Of a DNA stretch of 34,517 bases, positions 25,903-34,517 are shown piece by piece (the first letter of the stretch is position 1; every line of letters begins with the position of its first letter). Source of the DNA: Candidatus Hydrogenedentota bacterium. GTDB taxonomy: Bacteria; Hydrogenedentota; Hydrogenedentia; Hydrogenedentales; SLHB01. Position numbers and translations under genes: made by a program. The DNA lies in contig BTWA01000049.1 of the NCBI GenBank assembly GCA_045863295.1, forward strand, positions 1-34,517. The letters are read 5' to 3'. The notes beneath the pieces are model-generated. The model was not told the origin of the DNA. It saw nothing but the letters and a program-made list of their open reading frames with translations, and searched no databases.

Positions 25903-27207
25903 ATGGGCGCGATTACGTGCAAATTTGGCGGCACATCATTGGCGGATGCGGAGTGTTTTCGCCAGGTCAAGTCTATTGTCGACGCCAATCCCAATCGCCG
26001 GTACATTGTGGTGTCCGCGCCGGGTAAGCGACGGTCAGACGACAAGAAGATTACAGACCTGTTGTACGCATGGCACGGGCTGATTCGGCAGGATTTGGAC
26101 GCGTCGCAGCCCCGAGGCATCATCGCGGCCCGGTTCGAACAGCTTGCGGCAGAGCTTCAAATCGACTTTGACGCCCACGCGCACCTGGAAACGATTGCCG
26201 GTCTCGGCGGATCCCATCCTGAGCCGGATTTCATGGCCTCTCGCGGCGAGTATTTGAGTGGCCTTCTTATGGCCGAATTTCTGGGCGCGACGTTCGTCGA
26301 TCCCGCCGAGAGCATCAAGTTTAACGACGAAGGCGCGCTGGACCCGGTCAGCTACGAATTGCTGGGTTCCCGGTTGAAGGGGCCGGGCCGGTTTGTAATA
26401 CCGGGATTCTACGGTTCAACACCGTCCGGCGAGGTGAAGACGTTTTCACGCGGCGGCAGTGATGTAACCGGGGCGATCGTAGCGCGCGCTTCGGAATCCG
26501 ACCTCTATGAAAACTGGACCGATGTGTCGGGATTTCTGATGGCCGATCCGCGAATTGTGGCGAATGCCAAGCGAATCGCCGAAGTGACGTACCAGGAATT
26601 ACGCGAGTTGGCTTACATGGGAGCACAGGTACTCCACGACGAAGCCATCTTTCCCGTGCGCGAGCCGGGCATTCCCATCAACATTCGAAACACTAAGGCC
26701 CCGGAAAATCCAGGCACCATGATACTTCGGGACCGTGCTGCCGCGGAGCCGGTATGCGGCATCGCGGGGCGCAAGGGCTTTACCATGTTAAACATCGAGA
26801 AAGCCCTTATGAACAAAGAGTTGGGATTTGGGCGGCGCGTTCTGCAGGTACTCGAAGAAAACGGCGTGAATTTTGAACACATGCCCACGGGTATCGACAA
26901 TTTATCGCTCATTATCAAAGACGAGGAACTCGTTCACAAGGGAACGAGCATCCTGAAGGCGATCGACCGTACCTGCCAGCCCGACCGCGTTTCGCTGACG
27001 CCGGGGCTTGCCATTGTAGCGACGGTGGGCCAAGGCATGGCCGGCCATGTCGGCGTTGCAGCCAAACTGTTTGCCGCGCTCGCAGCAGCCAACGTGAATA
27101 TTCGGGTCATCGACCAGGGTTCGTCTGAAAACAACATCATTATCGGCGTCGAGGAAGGCGATCTGGAGACGACCGTTCGCTCCATCTACGCCGCCTTTGC
27201 CGGATAG
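25903..27207 (+). CDS. Aspartate kinase (two C-terminal ACT domains)
   Basis: KFGGTSLAD, VVSAPGKR, SRGEYL, FSRGGSDVTG, WTDVSG and DQGSSE. Subtype (lysC- or yclM-like) not assignable. Confidence 0.95.
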   Translation: MGAITCKFGGTSLADAECFRQVKSIVDANPNRRYIVVSAPGKRRSDDKKITDLLYAWHGLIRQDLDASQPRGIIAARFEQLAAELQIDFDAHAHLETIAGLGGSHPEPDFMASRGEYLSGLLMAEFLGATFVDPAESIKFNDEGALDPVSYELLGSRLKGPGRFVIPGFYGSTPSGEVKTFSRGGSDVTGAIVARASESDLYENWTDVSGFLMADPRIVANAKRIAEVTYQELRELAYMGAQVLHDEAIFPVREPGIPINIRNTKAPENPGTMILRDRAAAEPVCGIAGRKGFTMLNIEKALMNKELGFGRRVLQVLEENGVNFEHMPTGIDNLSLIIKDEELVHKGTSILKAIDRTCQPDRVSLTPGLAIVATVGQGMAGHVGVAAKLFAALAAANVNIRVIDQGSSENNIIIGVEEGDLETTVRSIYAAFAG

Positions 27208-27217
27208 TTTTCGCCTG

Positions 27218-27248
27218 CCGCCGGTATTTCATTGCCGGCGGAATTTTT
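27218..27248 (+). terminator. Terminator-like hairpin between aspartate kinase and pyk
   Basis: CCGCCGGTA-TTTCAT-TGCCGGCGG stem-loop followed by AATTTTT. Confidence 0.55.
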
Positions 27249-27279
27249 CGGGGTTCCGCAGCAAGGAATGGACACAACC

Positions 27280-28737
27280 ATGTCAATGCGTCGAACAAAG
27301 ATCGTCTGCACGATTGGACCCCGGTCAAAACACCCGGACATGTTGCGCAAGCTGATTGAGAATGGGATGAATGTAGCCCGGCTCAATTTTTCCCACGGAG
27401 CGCAAGACGATCACCGCGAGACTTACCAAGTGATACGGCGGCTGGCCGCCGAACTTGGCAAGAATGTTGCCATCCTCATGGATTTGCAGGGCCCGAAAAT
27501 CCGCACGGGCAAATTGCATGGCGGCGAACCGGTACTGCTGGTGGAAGGGGCTCCCATCGTCGTAACTACGGAAGCCATTGCGGGCACCGTGGATCGCGTT
27601 TCTACCACCTACCAGCATTTGCCGAACGACGTGAAATCCGGTGACCGGATCTTAATTGCCGATGGTACGCTCGAATTGCTGGTGGAAAAGGTTGCCGGGA
27701 GCGAAGTGTCGTGCGTTGTGGTCCGTGGTGGTCTTCTGGGCCAGAACAAGGGAATTAACCTCCCCGGCGTGGCGGTCAGCACGCCTTCCTTGACCGCCAA
27801 AGACATCGAAGATCTGGAGTTTGGTATCGGCCTCGGAGTCGACTTTGTAGCGCTTTCGTTTGTACGCCGGCCCGAAGACATAGTCGATATCAAGAAGCGG
27901 ATCGCCCTGTTGGAAGCCGATACTCCGGTGGTGGCGAAGATTGAACGTCCAGAGGCACTGGAGTGTTTCGATCGCATTCTGGATGTGACCGATGCGGTGA
28001 TGGTGGCGCGAGGCGATCTGGGCGTGGAAGTGGCGCTTCAACGGGTGCCGCAAATTCAAAAGACGCTGATTCGCATGTGCAACGAGCGGGGCATCCCAGT
28101 AATTACAGCGACGCAGATGCTGGAGTCCATGATCGCGAATTCGCGACCCACACGCGCCGAAGCCGCCGACGTAGCCAATGCCATTTACGACGGCACCGAC
28201 GCCGTCATGCTGTCCGGCGAAACAGCCGCGGGAGACTACCCTATCGAAGCGGTTCGCGTTATGCATGACATTGCCTTGAATACGGACGCTGCCATTGCAT
28301 GTGAACCGATCGACCGTCAGGCGATGCGCCTGCGTGCAAACCCGAAGCACAGGCCTTCATTCCGCGACGCTATCTGCCAAGCGGCCATTCGCATGTCCCA
28401 GGTTGTAAATGTGCAGCGTTTTGTGGTTTTGACCCAATCCGGTTATACGGCGGAAGGCCTCGCACGCTACCGGCCCAAAACCCCGATTGTGGCGATAACG
28501 CTGTGCGAATCGACCCGGCGCCGTTGCGCCTTGATCTGGGGCGTGGATGCCATCGTTTGCGAATCCATTTCATCCATGCAGGAAATGTATTCAGTCATCA
28601 ATGAGTTATTGGTAGAGGAAGATTTGGTGCATTTGGACGAGGATATCGCGATTGTCGCCGGTTTCCCGTTGCGCATTCCCGGGCGAACCAACGTATTGAT
28701 GATGCATACGGTGGGCGATACACAAGGTTTGGCATGA
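27280..28737 (+). CDS. pyk: Pyruvate kinase
   Basis: RRTKIVCTIGP, ARLNFSHG, DLQGPKIR, AKIE, MVARGDLGVE, TATQMLESM and DAVMLSGETA. Start is about 27280 (27268 or 27286 possible). Confidence 0.97.
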   Translation: MSMRRTKIVCTIGPRSKHPDMLRKLIENGMNVARLNFSHGAQDDHRETYQVIRRLAAELGKNVAILMDLQGPKIRTGKLHGGEPVLLVEGAPIVVTTEAIAGTVDRVSTTYQHLPNDVKSGDRILIADGTLELLVEKVAGSEVSCVVVRGGLLGQNKGINLPGVAVSTPSLTAKDIEDLEFGIGLGVDFVALSFVRRPEDIVDIKKRIALLEADTPVVAKIERPEALECFDRILDVTDAVMVARGDLGVEVALQRVPQIQKTLIRMCNERGIPVITATQMLESMIANSRPTRAEAADVANAIYDGTDAVMLSGETAAGDYPIEAVRVMHDIALNTDAAIACEPIDRQAMRLRANPKHRPSFRDAICQAAIRMSQVVNVQRFVVLTQSGYTAEGLARYRPKTPIVAITLCESTRRRCALIWGVDAIVCESISSMQEMYSVINELLVEEDLVHLDEDIAIVAGFPLRIPGRTNVLMMHTVGDTQGLA

Positions 28738-29498
28738 CCCTTACATTCAATGGCGCCGCGCCGGTCCGGGAGGACTGGTTCGAACATGCATTTGGCGAAC
28801 TGTATCCGATCGTGTATGCCCATCGGACCGTTGAGGCTGCCGCGCCAGAGGTACAGTTTGCAACGTCTGCATTGAGATTGACTGAACGCGACCGGATACT
28901 GGATCTGTGCTGTGGCTGCGGCCGTCATTTGCTCCATCTGGTGGGGGTCACACGGCATGTTGTGGGTCTGGACTACTCCGACCAACTGCTTTGGATGGCC
29001 TCGGGAATCTTGCCGCCGGGTACGCCCCTGGTCAGGGCCGACATGCGCGCGGTTCCGTTTTCGGAATCGTTCGATGTGGTGACCAATTTCTTTACCAGCT
29101 TTGGCTATTTCTTTACCGACGACGAGAATCTCGATGTGGCACGTGGGGTGGCCCAGGCCCTCCGGCCCGGCGGACGCTTCTTCATTGACTATCTGAATCC
29201 GTCACATGTGAAAGACTCTCTGGTGGCGCAATCCATGCGAGACATTGACGGTTACCGGATTGAGGAATACCGCTGGATAGACGATGTTACCCGGCGTATC
29301 AACAAGACTACCCGGGTGTTCCGAGAAAGTGCGTTGTTGAACGAGTTTCATGAGTCGGTGCAGTTGTACGATCGCGATGGGTTCGTCGGGCTGCTGAATC
29401 TGGGGGGACTTCGCGTGGATTCCCTTTACGGCGATTATTCGGGTGCTCCCTACACAGTGGCCTCGCCGAGAATGATCGCCGTGGGCGTCCGGCCATGA
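28734..29498 (+). CDS. Class I SAM-dependent methyltransferase, candidate N-methyl-bacillithiol synthase (NmbA-like)
   Basis: LDLCCGCGRH motif I, GLDYS, ADMR, NFFTSFGYF, LRPGGRFFIDYLN and GDYSG...SPRMI; ATGA overlaps with both pyk and bshC. Confidence 0.85.
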   Translation: MTLTFNGAAPVREDWFEHAFGELYPIVYAHRTVEAAAPEVQFATSALRLTERDRILDLCCGCGRHLLHLVGVTRHVVGLDYSDQLLWMASGILPPGTPLVRADMRAVPFSESFDVVTNFFTSFGYFFTDDENLDVARGVAQALRPGGRFFIDYLNPSHVKDSLVAQSMRDIDGYRIEEYRWIDDVTRRINKTTRVFRESALLNEFHESVQLYDRDGFVGLLNLGGLRVDSLYGDYSGAPYTVASPRMIAVGVRP

Positions 29499-31042
29499 CC
29501 GGCTTGTACACCGCATACGTGCGAGGTGACGCCGCAATTCGCCCGTTCTTTCCATCGGCACCCTCTTCCGTGTTCGATACGCCTCCCGCAGCCCATGCAT
29601 GGGATGAAAGTCTGTCGCGAGACTTGCGCGGACTGCAATCGCCCGGATCGGCTTGTGCATTTGAAGGAAACGAACCGGTTATCATCACGGGGCAGCAGGC
29701 CGGTTTGCTAACCGGACCGCTGTACACCATTTATAAGGCGATAACGGCTGTGAAACTGGCCGACGCCGTGGGGCGCACGCATGGAGTGAAATGCGCTCCC
29801 GTCTTTTGGGTACATGGTGATGATCACGATTTTGCCGAAGTCCAGACGGCACACTACGTATCGCGTACGCATGAGCTCAAGTCGCTGACCTACACGCCTC
29901 ACGCCGATGTGTCCGATTGGCCGATGCACCGAGTGCCGATCGAACCTTCGCTGCACGCCTTGATCGATCAGTTGGCGGCGGACGTTCCGGGTTCCGAACT
30001 GGCCTCCGAGATACAAGCCCATCTACATGACACTCTGGATGGCGCACAGTCTGTTGCCGATTGGATGCGGCTGCTCATGGCCCGCTTGTTCGAGAAGACC
30101 GCGTTGATTCTCTTCTCTCCCACGTTGCCTTCCGCGCGACGTATCGCGACCGAGATCATGGAGCGCGAGCTAAGGGAGCCAATGGAAACGACCCGGCTGG
30201 TGATCGAAGCGGGAAAACGCCTGGCGGCGGCCGGTTACGATACGGCTCTGGTACGCCGGGAAAGCGACTGCAATTTGTTCCTGGAGGTCGACGGCCGGCG
30301 ATCCAAATTGACGTATGAAGGGGGCAGTTACCGGGTCGCCGGGACTGAAACGGCTTACTCGGCGGACGATTTGATCGCCCTTTTGCGCACAGAACCGGAC
30401 CGGTTCACTCCCAATGTCGTGCTCCGGTGCTTAGTCCAGCAACGCCTTTTTCCGGTTGCGGCGTATGTAGGTGGACCGGGAGAAGTGGCCTATTGGGCTC
30501 AGTTCAAGGACGTGTTCGATCGATTCGGCCTTCCCATGCCTGTGGTGTATCCTCGCGCGCAAGCTGTTCTGACAACGCCAAAACTGACCAAAATCATGAA
30601 GAAGCATGGCTTGGACATCCAGTCATTCTCCGAGCAGCCGGACGCGGTTCTGGAAAGGGCACTGCACCACACGGCGACGCACGCCGCGCTCAAGCCTGTT
30701 CGAGACCGCAGGAGCAATGTGGCGCACGAACTGGCGGCATTAAAGGACGAATTGGCGGCCATTGACCCGGGACTACTGGAGCGGTGCGGCGTGTTAACCG
30801 ATCGGCTTAATGCGGAATTCGACCGTCTTGAGGGGTTGATCTTGCATGCGGACGCGGCGCGTGTGGAGACGGTTCGCCAGCAAATTAACCGCTTGTGCAC
30901 AATCCTGGCGCCGTTGCGTAAGCCGCAAGAACGGGTGCTCACGATATACTCCTACTTATTCGAACACGGCTGGGGATTGGTGGACCGGATCATGAGCGCC
31001 ATGGACATCGAACATTTCACCGTCGATGAGATCGAACTATGA
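29495..31042 (+). CDS. bshC: Bacillithiol biosynthesis cysteine-adding enzyme BshC
   Basis: ITGQQAGLLTGPLYTIYK, PVFW..DDHDFAEV, PNVVLR, YVGGPGEVAYWAQ and PQER. Confidence 0.93.
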   Translation: MTGLYTAYVRGDAAIRPFFPSAPSSVFDTPPAAHAWDESLSRDLRGLQSPGSACAFEGNEPVIITGQQAGLLTGPLYTIYKAITAVKLADAVGRTHGVKCAPVFWVHGDDHDFAEVQTAHYVSRTHELKSLTYTPHADVSDWPMHRVPIEPSLHALIDQLAADVPGSELASEIQAHLHDTLDGAQSVADWMRLLMARLFEKTALILFSPTLPSARRIATEIMERELREPMETTRLVIEAGKRLAAAGYDTALVRRESDCNLFLEVDGRRSKLTYEGGSYRVAGTETAYSADDLIALLRTEPDRFTPNVVLRCLVQQRLFPVAAYVGGPGEVAYWAQFKDVFDRFGLPMPVVYPRAQAVLTTPKLTKIMKKHGLDIQSFSEQPDAVLERALHHTATHAALKPVRDRRSNVAHELAALKDELAAIDPGLLERCGVLTDRLNAEFDRLEGLILHADAARVETVRQQINRLCTILAPLRKPQERVLTIYSYLFEHGWGLVDRIMSAMDIEHFTVDEIEL

Positions 31043-31752
31043 ATGTGGATGTACTTGCCGTGGGTCCGCATCCCGACGATGTGGAAGTGGGCATCGGCGG
31101 ACTTATTCACAAATTGTGCGGTCAGGGCTATGCCGTGGGCATCCTTGATTTGACGCGCGGGGAACTGGGTACGCGGGGTACTGTGCACGAACGCACGCAG
31201 GAGGCTGAGAATGCCGCCGCCGTGCTCGGTGTGGCGAGCCGCGAGAGCGCGGAGTTGCCGGATGGCGGATTGGCCAATACCCAGGACCAGCGAGAGAGGT
31301 TAATACCGCTGTTACGACGATTCCGGCCCAAGGTATTGCTTGCGCCACACCATTCGGACCGCCATCCGGATCACGAAGCGGCACACTATCTGGTGCGCGA
31401 CGCGAATTACTTGGCGGGCCTGAGCCGGATAGACACAGGGCAGGACCCGCACCGAACGGCCATCGTTTACTATTATCGCGTGTACCAAGACCCGGCTCCG
31501 CCAGACATGGTGGTGGATATATCCGCTCAATTCGAGACAAAACAGGCGGCTTTGCGGGCGTACGGATCCCAATTTTTCAATCCGGATTACGCGGGCAAAG
31601 GGACGTATGTATCTTCGAAGGCCTTTTGGGACTATATTCGCACACGTGCGGCCTATTGGGGAGCGCGCATAGGCGTGGAGTATGGCGAGCCCCTGTACGC
31701 GGAAGGACCCTTGGGCGTCGAACGGTTGCCCGGACTGGAGGAAACGGCATGA
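31039..31752 (+). CDS. bshB1: Bacillithiol biosynthesis deacetylase BshB1 (PIG-L family)
   Basis: GPHPDDVEVG, LDLTRGELGTRG, DRHPDH, AYGSQF and GARIGVEYGE; lies between bshC and bshA. Confidence 0.93.
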   Translation: MNVDVLAVGPHPDDVEVGIGGLIHKLCGQGYAVGILDLTRGELGTRGTVHERTQEAENAAAVLGVASRESAELPDGGLANTQDQRERLIPLLRRFRPKVLLAPHHSDRHPDHEAAHYLVRDANYLAGLSRIDTGQDPHRTAIVYYYRVYQDPAPPDMVVDISAQFETKQAALRAYGSQFFNPDYAGKGTYVSSKAFWDYIRTRAAYWGARIGVEYGEPLYAEGPLGVERLPGLEETA

Positions 31753-32885
31753 GAATCGGCATCACGTGTCATGCATCCGCGGGAGGCAGCGGAGTCGTTG
31801 CGGCGGAACTGGGTATTGCCCTGGCCAAGCGAGGCCACACGGTTCATTTTGTTACGCAAAGCACGCCATTCCGGCTGGCGGGCTTTCACGATCGTGTGTT
31901 TTGTCATAACGTGGATTCAGTCAATTACCCGCTGTTTACCCATCCCCCTTATTCGCTGGCGTTGGCATCGAAGATCTGCGAGGTGGCCGAAGAGCACGAC
32001 ATCGAGTTGTGGCATGCGCACTATGCGATTCCACACGCATTGTGCGCCATTATCGCGCGCGACATGCTGCCCCCGCACAAGCGGTTCCGCATTGTCACCA
32101 CCCTGCATGGCACCGATATCACGCTGGTGGGCAGCGATCCGTCATTTTTCCGGGTAACGCAGTACGCGATGGAACAAAGTTGTGAAGTGACGGCTGTTTC
32201 CAATTGGCTTGCGGAGGAAACCCGGCGTGAATTCCGGCTGAACAAGCCGATTCATACGATTCATAACTTTCTGGACATGGACAAGTTTGGCAGGGAACCC
32301 GACCAGCGCTGCAAGTTGGCCGATCGAAATGAAAAGATTGTGATGCACATCTCGAACTTTCGGCCGGTCAAACGCGTGACGGACGTTGTGCGCGCATTTA
32401 AGAAGATAAGTGATCAAATGCCAGCACGGTTGATCATGGTGGGCGACGGCCCGGAGCGGCTTTCCGCATCGGGCGTTGCGAAGCAACTGGGAGTGCTTGA
32501 TCGCATCACGTTCATCGGCAACAACCCTTCCATCGAAAACCTGCTGCCCTGTGCCGACGTGGTGTTTCAGCCGAGCGAGCACGAGAGTTTTGGACTGGTG
32601 CCCTTGGAAGCCATGGCCTGCCGTGTACCGGTCATAGGCACCAACAGTGGCGGCGTTACCGAAGTGGTTGAAGACGGTGTCACCGGTTACTTGTGTGAAG
32701 TGGGTGATACGGAAACCATGGCCGCGCGGGCCATCGAGATTTTGGGCAGCCCGTCGAAATCCGCGGAAATGGGACGTCACGGACGAGACCGGGCCTTGAC
32801 GATGTTTTCGGAGGAACGCATCGTGCCGCAGTATGAAGCGTTGTACGACAGCCTGGTACATCCGGCCGAGGTTGTATCTGTTTAG
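31749..32885 (+). CDS. bshA: N-acetyl-alpha-D-glucosaminyl L-malate synthase BshA (GT4)
   Basis: MRIGITCH..GGSGVVAAELG, HAHYAIPHA, TTLHGTDITLVG, HISNFRPVKR and ESFGLVPLEAMA. True ATG at 31749 (ATGA overlap with bshB1). Confidence 0.95.
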   Translation: MRIGITCHASAGGSGVVAAELGIALAKRGHTVHFVTQSTPFRLAGFHDRVFCHNVDSVNYPLFTHPPYSLALASKICEVAEEHDIELWHAHYAIPHALCAIIARDMLPPHKRFRIVTTLHGTDITLVGSDPSFFRVTQYAMEQSCEVTAVSNWLAEETRREFRLNKPIHTIHNFLDMDKFGREPDQRCKLADRNEKIVMHISNFRPVKRVTDVVRAFKKISDQMPARLIMVGDGPERLSASGVAKQLGVLDRITFIGNNPSIENLLPCADVVFQPSEHESFGLVPLEAMACRVPVIGTNSGGVTEVVEDGVTGYLCEVGDTETMAARAIEILGSPSKSAEMGRHGRDRALTMFSEERIVPQYEALYDSLVHPAEVVSV

Positions 32886-32905
32886 AATCCGCGCGATTCC
32901 ATCTA

Positions 32906-32934
32906 TTGAAAAATTTCGGTTGTTTTTGTAGACT
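32906..32934 (+). promoter_or_regulatory. sigma70-type promoter for fbaB (TTGAAA-17-TAGACT)
   Basis: TTGAAA 32906-32911, 17-nt spacer, TAGACT 32929-32934. Confidence 0.6.
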
Positions 32935-33115
32935 CTAGTGTCGCCTGTCCGGCGGCATGCGAGCGGTAAAGATGGAGACGGTGGCGCGTATGCGCATGGC
33001 AATGCCGTCAAATCAGCCGTTGCCATTCCCCCTGCTATTAATCGTCGATCCCCGAAGCTGTCAGCAAGTTGAGCGTATGAACGTGCCCCCCACAAAACAT
33101 TGGGAGTAATGTGTC

Positions 33116-34195
33116 ATGGCTGTTGCCGTATCCAATTCCAAACTTGAGAGCCTTTTGGGGAGCGAGGCCGAATCGCTCCTGTCGTACACGTGCAGCGGAA
33201 TTCCAAAGGAGAGCCTTGTGCTGCCGGGTCCGGACTACGTGGATCGCGTGTGGGCGTATTCGAATCGCAGCCCACAAGTGTTGCGGAATCTGCAGGCCAT
33301 CCTAAATCATGGCCGTCTGGGCGGCACGGGTTACGTGTCTATTCTGCCGGTCGATCAGGGGATTGAACATTCGGCGGGCGCCTCGTTTGCCAAGAATCCC
33401 ATCTATTTTGACGGCGAGAACATCGTGAAATTGGCGATCGAGGGAGGCTGCAACGCCGTGGCTTCCACGTACGGTGTGCTGGCGTCGGTATCGCGCAAGT
33501 ACGCACATAAGATCCCGTTCATCGTGAAGATTAACCACAACGAATTGCTGACGCTCCCGAATAAATTCGATCAAGTGCTATTTGGCACGATTGAAGACGC
33601 CTACAACCTCGGAGCGGCGGCGGTTGGAGCGACCATTTATTTCGGATCGCCCGAATCCACGCGGCAGATTGTGGAGATTTCCGAGGCATTTGCCCATGCC
33701 CATGAACTGGGCATGGCCACGATTTTGTGGTGCTACTTGCGGAGCAGCGGTTTCAAGGTGGACGGCAAGGACTATCATACGTCTGCCGACCTCACGGGTC
33801 AGGCAAACCACCTTGGCGTTACGTTGCAGGCCGACATCATCAAGCAGAAGCAGCCCGAACTGAATGGCGGCTACCCTGCGCTCAACGAAAAGGGCAGTTA
33901 CGGCAAATTCGACAAGCGGATGTATTCGGAGTTGTGTTCGGACCATCCCATCGATTTGACCCGTTACCAGGTGGCCAACTGCTATATGGGCCGCTGCGGC
34001 TTGATAAACAGCGGCGGTGGATCCGGCGCGAACGATTTGGGTCAGGCCGTCCGCACTGCGGTGATCAATAAGCGCGCCGGCGGCATGGGTCTGATTAGCG
34101 GTCGAAAAGCATTTCAGAAACCCATGAAGGATGGAGTCGAACTGCTCAACGCCATTCAGGACGTGTATCTCGACAACTCGATAACGATCGCGTAA
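33116..34195 (+). CDS. fbaB: Class I fructose-bisphosphate aldolase (DhnA/FbaB type)
   Basis: [43 protein letters not shown] (Schiff-base Lys) and [10 protein letters not shown]. Confidence 0.96.
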   Translation: MAVAVSNSKLESLLGSEAESLLSYTCSGIPKESLVLPGPDYVDRVWAYSNRSPQVLRNLQAILNHGRLGGTGYVSILPVDQGIEHSAGASFAKNPIYFDGENIVKLAIEGGCNAVASTYGVLASVSRKYAHKIPFIVKINHNELLTLPNKFDQVLFGTIEDAYNLGAAAVGATIYFGSPESTRQIVEISEAFAHAHELGMATILWCYLRSSGFKVDGKDYHTSADLTGQANHLGVTLQADIIKQKQPELNGGYPALNEKGSYGKFDKRMYSELCSDHPIDLTRYQVANCYMGRCGLINSGGGSGANDLGQAVRTAVINKRAGGMGLISGRKAFQKPMKDGVELLNAIQDVYLDNSITIA

Positions 34196-34204
34196 CGCAA
34201 TTCG

Positions 34205-34243
34205 GGCCGCCCGCGTCCGCAAAGACGCGGGCGGCCGCGTTTC
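34205..34243. terminator. GC-rich hairpin between convergent genes
   Basis: 13-bp perfect stem GGCCGCCCGCGTC / GACGCGGGCGGCC with a CGCAAA loop. Confidence 0.75.
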
Positions 34244-34517
34244 TATTTTCCAGCCACGGATCTCCTCCGCTCCATCACTTGCGTCCAACTCACCAGTTGT
34301 ACGCCCTCTTCCCGAATTGTTTCCAGAATGCGAGGATTGGTGAGGGCGTAATAGTCACCGTAGAGCAATATCCGTTTGCGGGTTATGACATCCATCACGG
34401 GATCCGGCTTGGTGGGATGGACAACGAATTCGGTCAGACCCGGTTTGAGATTCCGAATGGCTTCGCAAAACAAATCCACTTTGTCTTCTGTCTTCCAATT
34501 GTAGCTGGCGGTGTGCA
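34243..34517 (-). CDS. C-terminal part of a ChbG/HpnK (YdjC)-like carbohydrate deacetylase
   Basis: ...LKPGLTEFVVHP...DYYALTNPRILETIREEGVQLVSW resembles the YdjC C-terminus; the frame is open to the window end. Confidence 0.65.
   Translation of the reverse strand, partial: HTASYNWKTEDKVDLFCEAIRNLKPGLTEFVVHPTKPDPVMDVITRKRILLYGDYYALTNPRILETIREEGVQLVSWTQVMERRRSVAGK

Overview
A GC-rich bacterial chromosomal segment made mostly of housekeeping genes. The left arm (minus strand) reads alaS-ruvX-mltG-TIM-barrel-tlyA, then a six-bladed NHL-repeat lipoprotein, then the 5' end of recN. The plus strand carries accA, DUF167, a degenerate purine-nucleoside-phosphorylase homologue, PIN/TRAM-ispD-ispF, a membrane protein, queG, a GAF-PAS protein, hpf-hprK-rapZ, ptsH-ptsI-dxr-rseP, aspartate kinase, pyk-methyltransferase-bshC-bshB1-bshA and fbaB. 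The 3' end of a YdjC-like gene closes the window. No rRNA, tRNA, CRISPR array or transposase was seen. The most notable observations are: (1) a fully overlap-coupled bacillithiol operon with an NmbA-like SAM methyltransferase, a candidate N-methyl-bacillithiol pathway joined to pyruvate kinase; (2) a 47-aa LIM-like CxxC..HxxC microprotein missing from the ORF track, with its own promoter, perfect Shine-Dalgarno and terminator; (3) a ribbon-helix-helix protein with a QxxLF clamp-type motif divergent from hpf, beside a structured hpf leader and a palindrome shared with the recN promoter; (4) an intact PNP homologue lacking recognisable catalytic motifs; (5) a duplicated ~90-bp intergenic block with a 9-bp periodic repeat between the copies. 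All calls come from motif recognition by eye; no searches were run.
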